DNA of 63,629 nt, counting the filler, from Intoshia linei (taxonomy: Eukaryota > Animalia > Orthonectida), in NCBI GenBank assembly GCA_001642005.1. It is 4 parts of 4 records of this genome, joined end to end, with 100 filler letters (N's around TTAATTAATTAA, not from the genome) between each part and the next. Parts side by side here need not be neighbours in the genome. Positions count along the whole stretch, not along the records: positions 53,541 to 63,629 come from LWCA01001328.1; 3 more parts are not named here. One strand, 5' to 3'. The translations under genes were made by a program, and so were the position numbers. The number at the start of each line of letters is the position of its first letter. Position 1 is the first letter of the stretch. Of the stretch, positions 61,200 through 63,629 are shown in pieces. A model generated the notes under the pieces. It did not search any database, was not told the origin of the DNA, and saw only the letters and a program-made list of their open reading frames with translations.

Positions 61200-61860
61200 T
61201 AATAATTATGTTATGTTAAGCAAATTCTTCAACAATTCAATTTTACATGCTTCGTTTGATGTATTATTTCAATTCTCCCACACATCACGGTGTGGCGCAA
61301 TATTTTTAGATTAGTAAACAAAATAATAATATCAGGGTATCAATAAATCAAATAACATAAATATTTTTTGAAATTAAGTTAGAATTTATACCATGAACCA
61401 CTTTTTGTAGATAATTATGAGTTATCATAAAAAAATAATATTTTAAATTTTAATTATTGAAGTATCACCAACACATTGAATTATCTATGATGTGGTTGAC
61501 TTATAGAAATTTAATGTCCTTTCGTAAGTCAATTTTATATGTAGGTTAATAATCTATTAAAAAATGATTATAATTATGCGTATGTATTAATAATAACTAC
61601 GAATATGTAATGATCTATAAATAATTTTAACTAAATTGGATTCTAGAACATCCATGATGTCGCGATCTTCATCAATGATATAATCGAAAATTTTATTAAT
61701 TTTTTAAACATTTTGGTAAATTCTTTCAACCCGATTGGAATCACGGTACTGAAAAATTGAATACAAAATTTTAATAATTATCCAGAAACACAAATTATAT
61801 TAAAAAATGTTAGAACTACCTTTATCAATTATACCAAAATAATTGACCTTTTATATAAAT
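61200..61860 (-). CDS. Probable exons of an uncharacterised gene
   Basis: AG/GT-bounded open segment TVIPIGLKEFTKMFKKINKIFDYIIDEDRDIMDVLESNL (~61632-61748) plus neighbouring exon-like blocks. The model is unresolved. Confidence 0.35.
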
Positions 61861-62334
61861 CATGTACTAGGTAAATTATAGTTTATAAATAACACAATTA
61901 TGTTAATTCAATATGTACAACAGATTTAAATACATCAAAATAAACAAGCATTTATAAAAAATAGGACATGTAAGTTATTTAAAACATGTATTAATATTAT
62001 TAGAATAATATACAAATTCAATACTATTTAATCTAATTTAAAAATGTTAAATTGCATGAATTATTAACCCTAAAGGTAAGTCAAGTTTTCTTAAATCATA
62101 TAAATAAAATATGTAAATTGTAACATGTAATTAGTTTTTATGAATTCTACAATACGTATTATCAAATAGTTTTGATAATGTATATAACTTAATACAATGT
62201 ACTTGTATGTAAGTAATAAATTAAAAAATGGGGTATAAACGTTAATTTTGTAAATTTTACACTTGTATGCTATACTTTATAAGCACGCACATCAAGCCCA
62301 TATTGAAGTAACATTTTTGATCAATGGTTCAAGG

Positions 62335-62530
62335 TTCAAATAGTGTACAGACCTCAATTTCAAAATATTTATTTTTTCGGACCCCAAAGGAAACATGGAA
62401 TATAAAACATTTATGAAAAAAAGGTTTTTTCTCATGGGATTTGGTAAAATCGTTTTTCAACAAATTATATTGAAAAAAAATGGATTTTCACTTAAGAGTT
62501 CATAAAATTGATATTTTTAATTTCTGACTG
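62335..62530 (+). repeat. Repeat family D copy
   Basis: ttcaaatagtgtac...tttcaaaatattta...ggaccccaaaggaaacatgg, shared with 17340 onward and the reverse complement of 14060-14150. Confidence 0.7.
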
Positions 62531-62740
62531 GGCCTGAGGATACTCGATTTTCAATATTTAAAAAATATTTCATCCTAGTTACAATAGCATAACACCGTAC
62601 CTACCGCAGGCCCATCGGGGACACGTACCGTTATAGATTATACACTGTAGTTTACATTGGTTTTAAGTAAATTATATAAAAATTTGATCCAATTAAATTT
62701 TTTAAATGAAAATTTATAAAGTAAATATTTAATATTTAAT

Positions 62741-63629
62741 CTAATAATTAATCATCATTGTAAGTATCCAAATAGGATACAAGCAGATAGTAAATACTAC
62801 AAATATCCAATTTGAATCATGATAAAAAGTTTCGTATCCAGCAATCAAATAATAAATAATGTACTCTTTAAGATGAGAGAAGACTAATAATGTATTATGA
62901 ATGCCATTCATATCAGCTATTGATTCTTTGTAAACTCTTTGAGTAATAACAGGTACGTTTTCGTAAAAGTAATTGAAAATTAAATTCCAATATAAAGGTA
63001 ACAGTATAGGTGCATACAATATGGTTATAAACGGCTTTATTGAATTTAAAAGTGAACTAAAACATTAAAATTAAAAAATAAAAATGTCAAGGGGTGTAAA
63101 AGCCAATTTTTCCTAGAAACTTAGTGAAAACTGTATTTTCTTTAAATTTTAGTAGTTTATTTTTACATTTAATAATCTCAAATTATAATTTTATAATAAT
63201 ATTAATAACATTAAATTTATTAACAGGAAAATAAATTACTATTTAAACTGGCAAGTGAGTATCAAAAGTATAGGTACATGGAATAATGACAACAAAATTG
63301 ACAGTGAAATGTTAATTATCAACATTAAAGCCAAAAATATAGTACATATGAACAAACAGAAAAACTTTAACATTTCCTTTTGGTAATTACAATGTTCCTT
63401 ATTATTACTCCAAATTCTAAATGTGAATTTTATTAATAAATAAATCAATGTGGAGTTTTCTATTGATAGTAAATTTTAAATAAAATAATGTATACCTTAC
63501 TCATTGTCCCATACAACTTTAAAAAATTGACCGACTGATAACACTGCCCAACAAAATAACAACTTTTTTGAGGTGCAAAAATAAAATTTAGTGCACCTGG
63601 AAGAGATTTTTATTCTGAACAAGATGGTA
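62741..63629 (-). CDS. Uncharacterised multi-pass membrane protein, 5' partial
   Basis: Hydrophobic exons (MLKFFCLFICTIFLALMLIINISLSILLSLFHVPILLILTC; FITILYAPILLPLYWNLIF...WIFVVFTICLYPIWILTMMINY*). Confidence 0.45.

Noticed and set aside
1-63629. Alternative genetic code, tRNA/rRNA genes, prokaryotic systems
   Set aside because: Conserved genes translate cleanly with the standard code once short introns are removed; no RNA gene or bacterial operon signature seen.

Overview
Very AT-rich, gene-dense eukaryotic (metazoan) scaffold with many minimal GT-AG introns (~35-50 nt), a few TE-filled long introns and three artificial 100-nt gaps containing a TTAATTAATTAA linker. The compact architecture suggests a reduced parasite genome; an orthonectid-like animal is a guess. 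Gene models were spliced by hand: DNAJB12/14-like (-), a divergent RPS3 (+), two orphan/coiled-coil genes, NOC3L (-), INTS11 (+), a coiled-coil gene, a DEG/ENaC channel with a furin site followed by a long acidic heptad repeat (-), an RPUSD4-like pseudouridine synthase with a degenerate active site (-) hosting a minimal Twist bHLH gene antisense in one intron, BRD7/9 (-), NUDT8 (+), a single-pass membrane protein (-), O-GlcNAcase (+), an orphan KIF23-like exon, an unknown gene with a tandemly duplicated exon, and a small HSP20-like ORF. Repeats are dominated by a non-autonomous Helitron family (one complete copy), hAT MITEs with 8-bp central-TA TSDs, pogo/Tigger, hAT and piggyBac transposase remnants, foldback elements and minisatellite-bearing MITEs. 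Homology calls rest on remembered family motifs, not on database searches.
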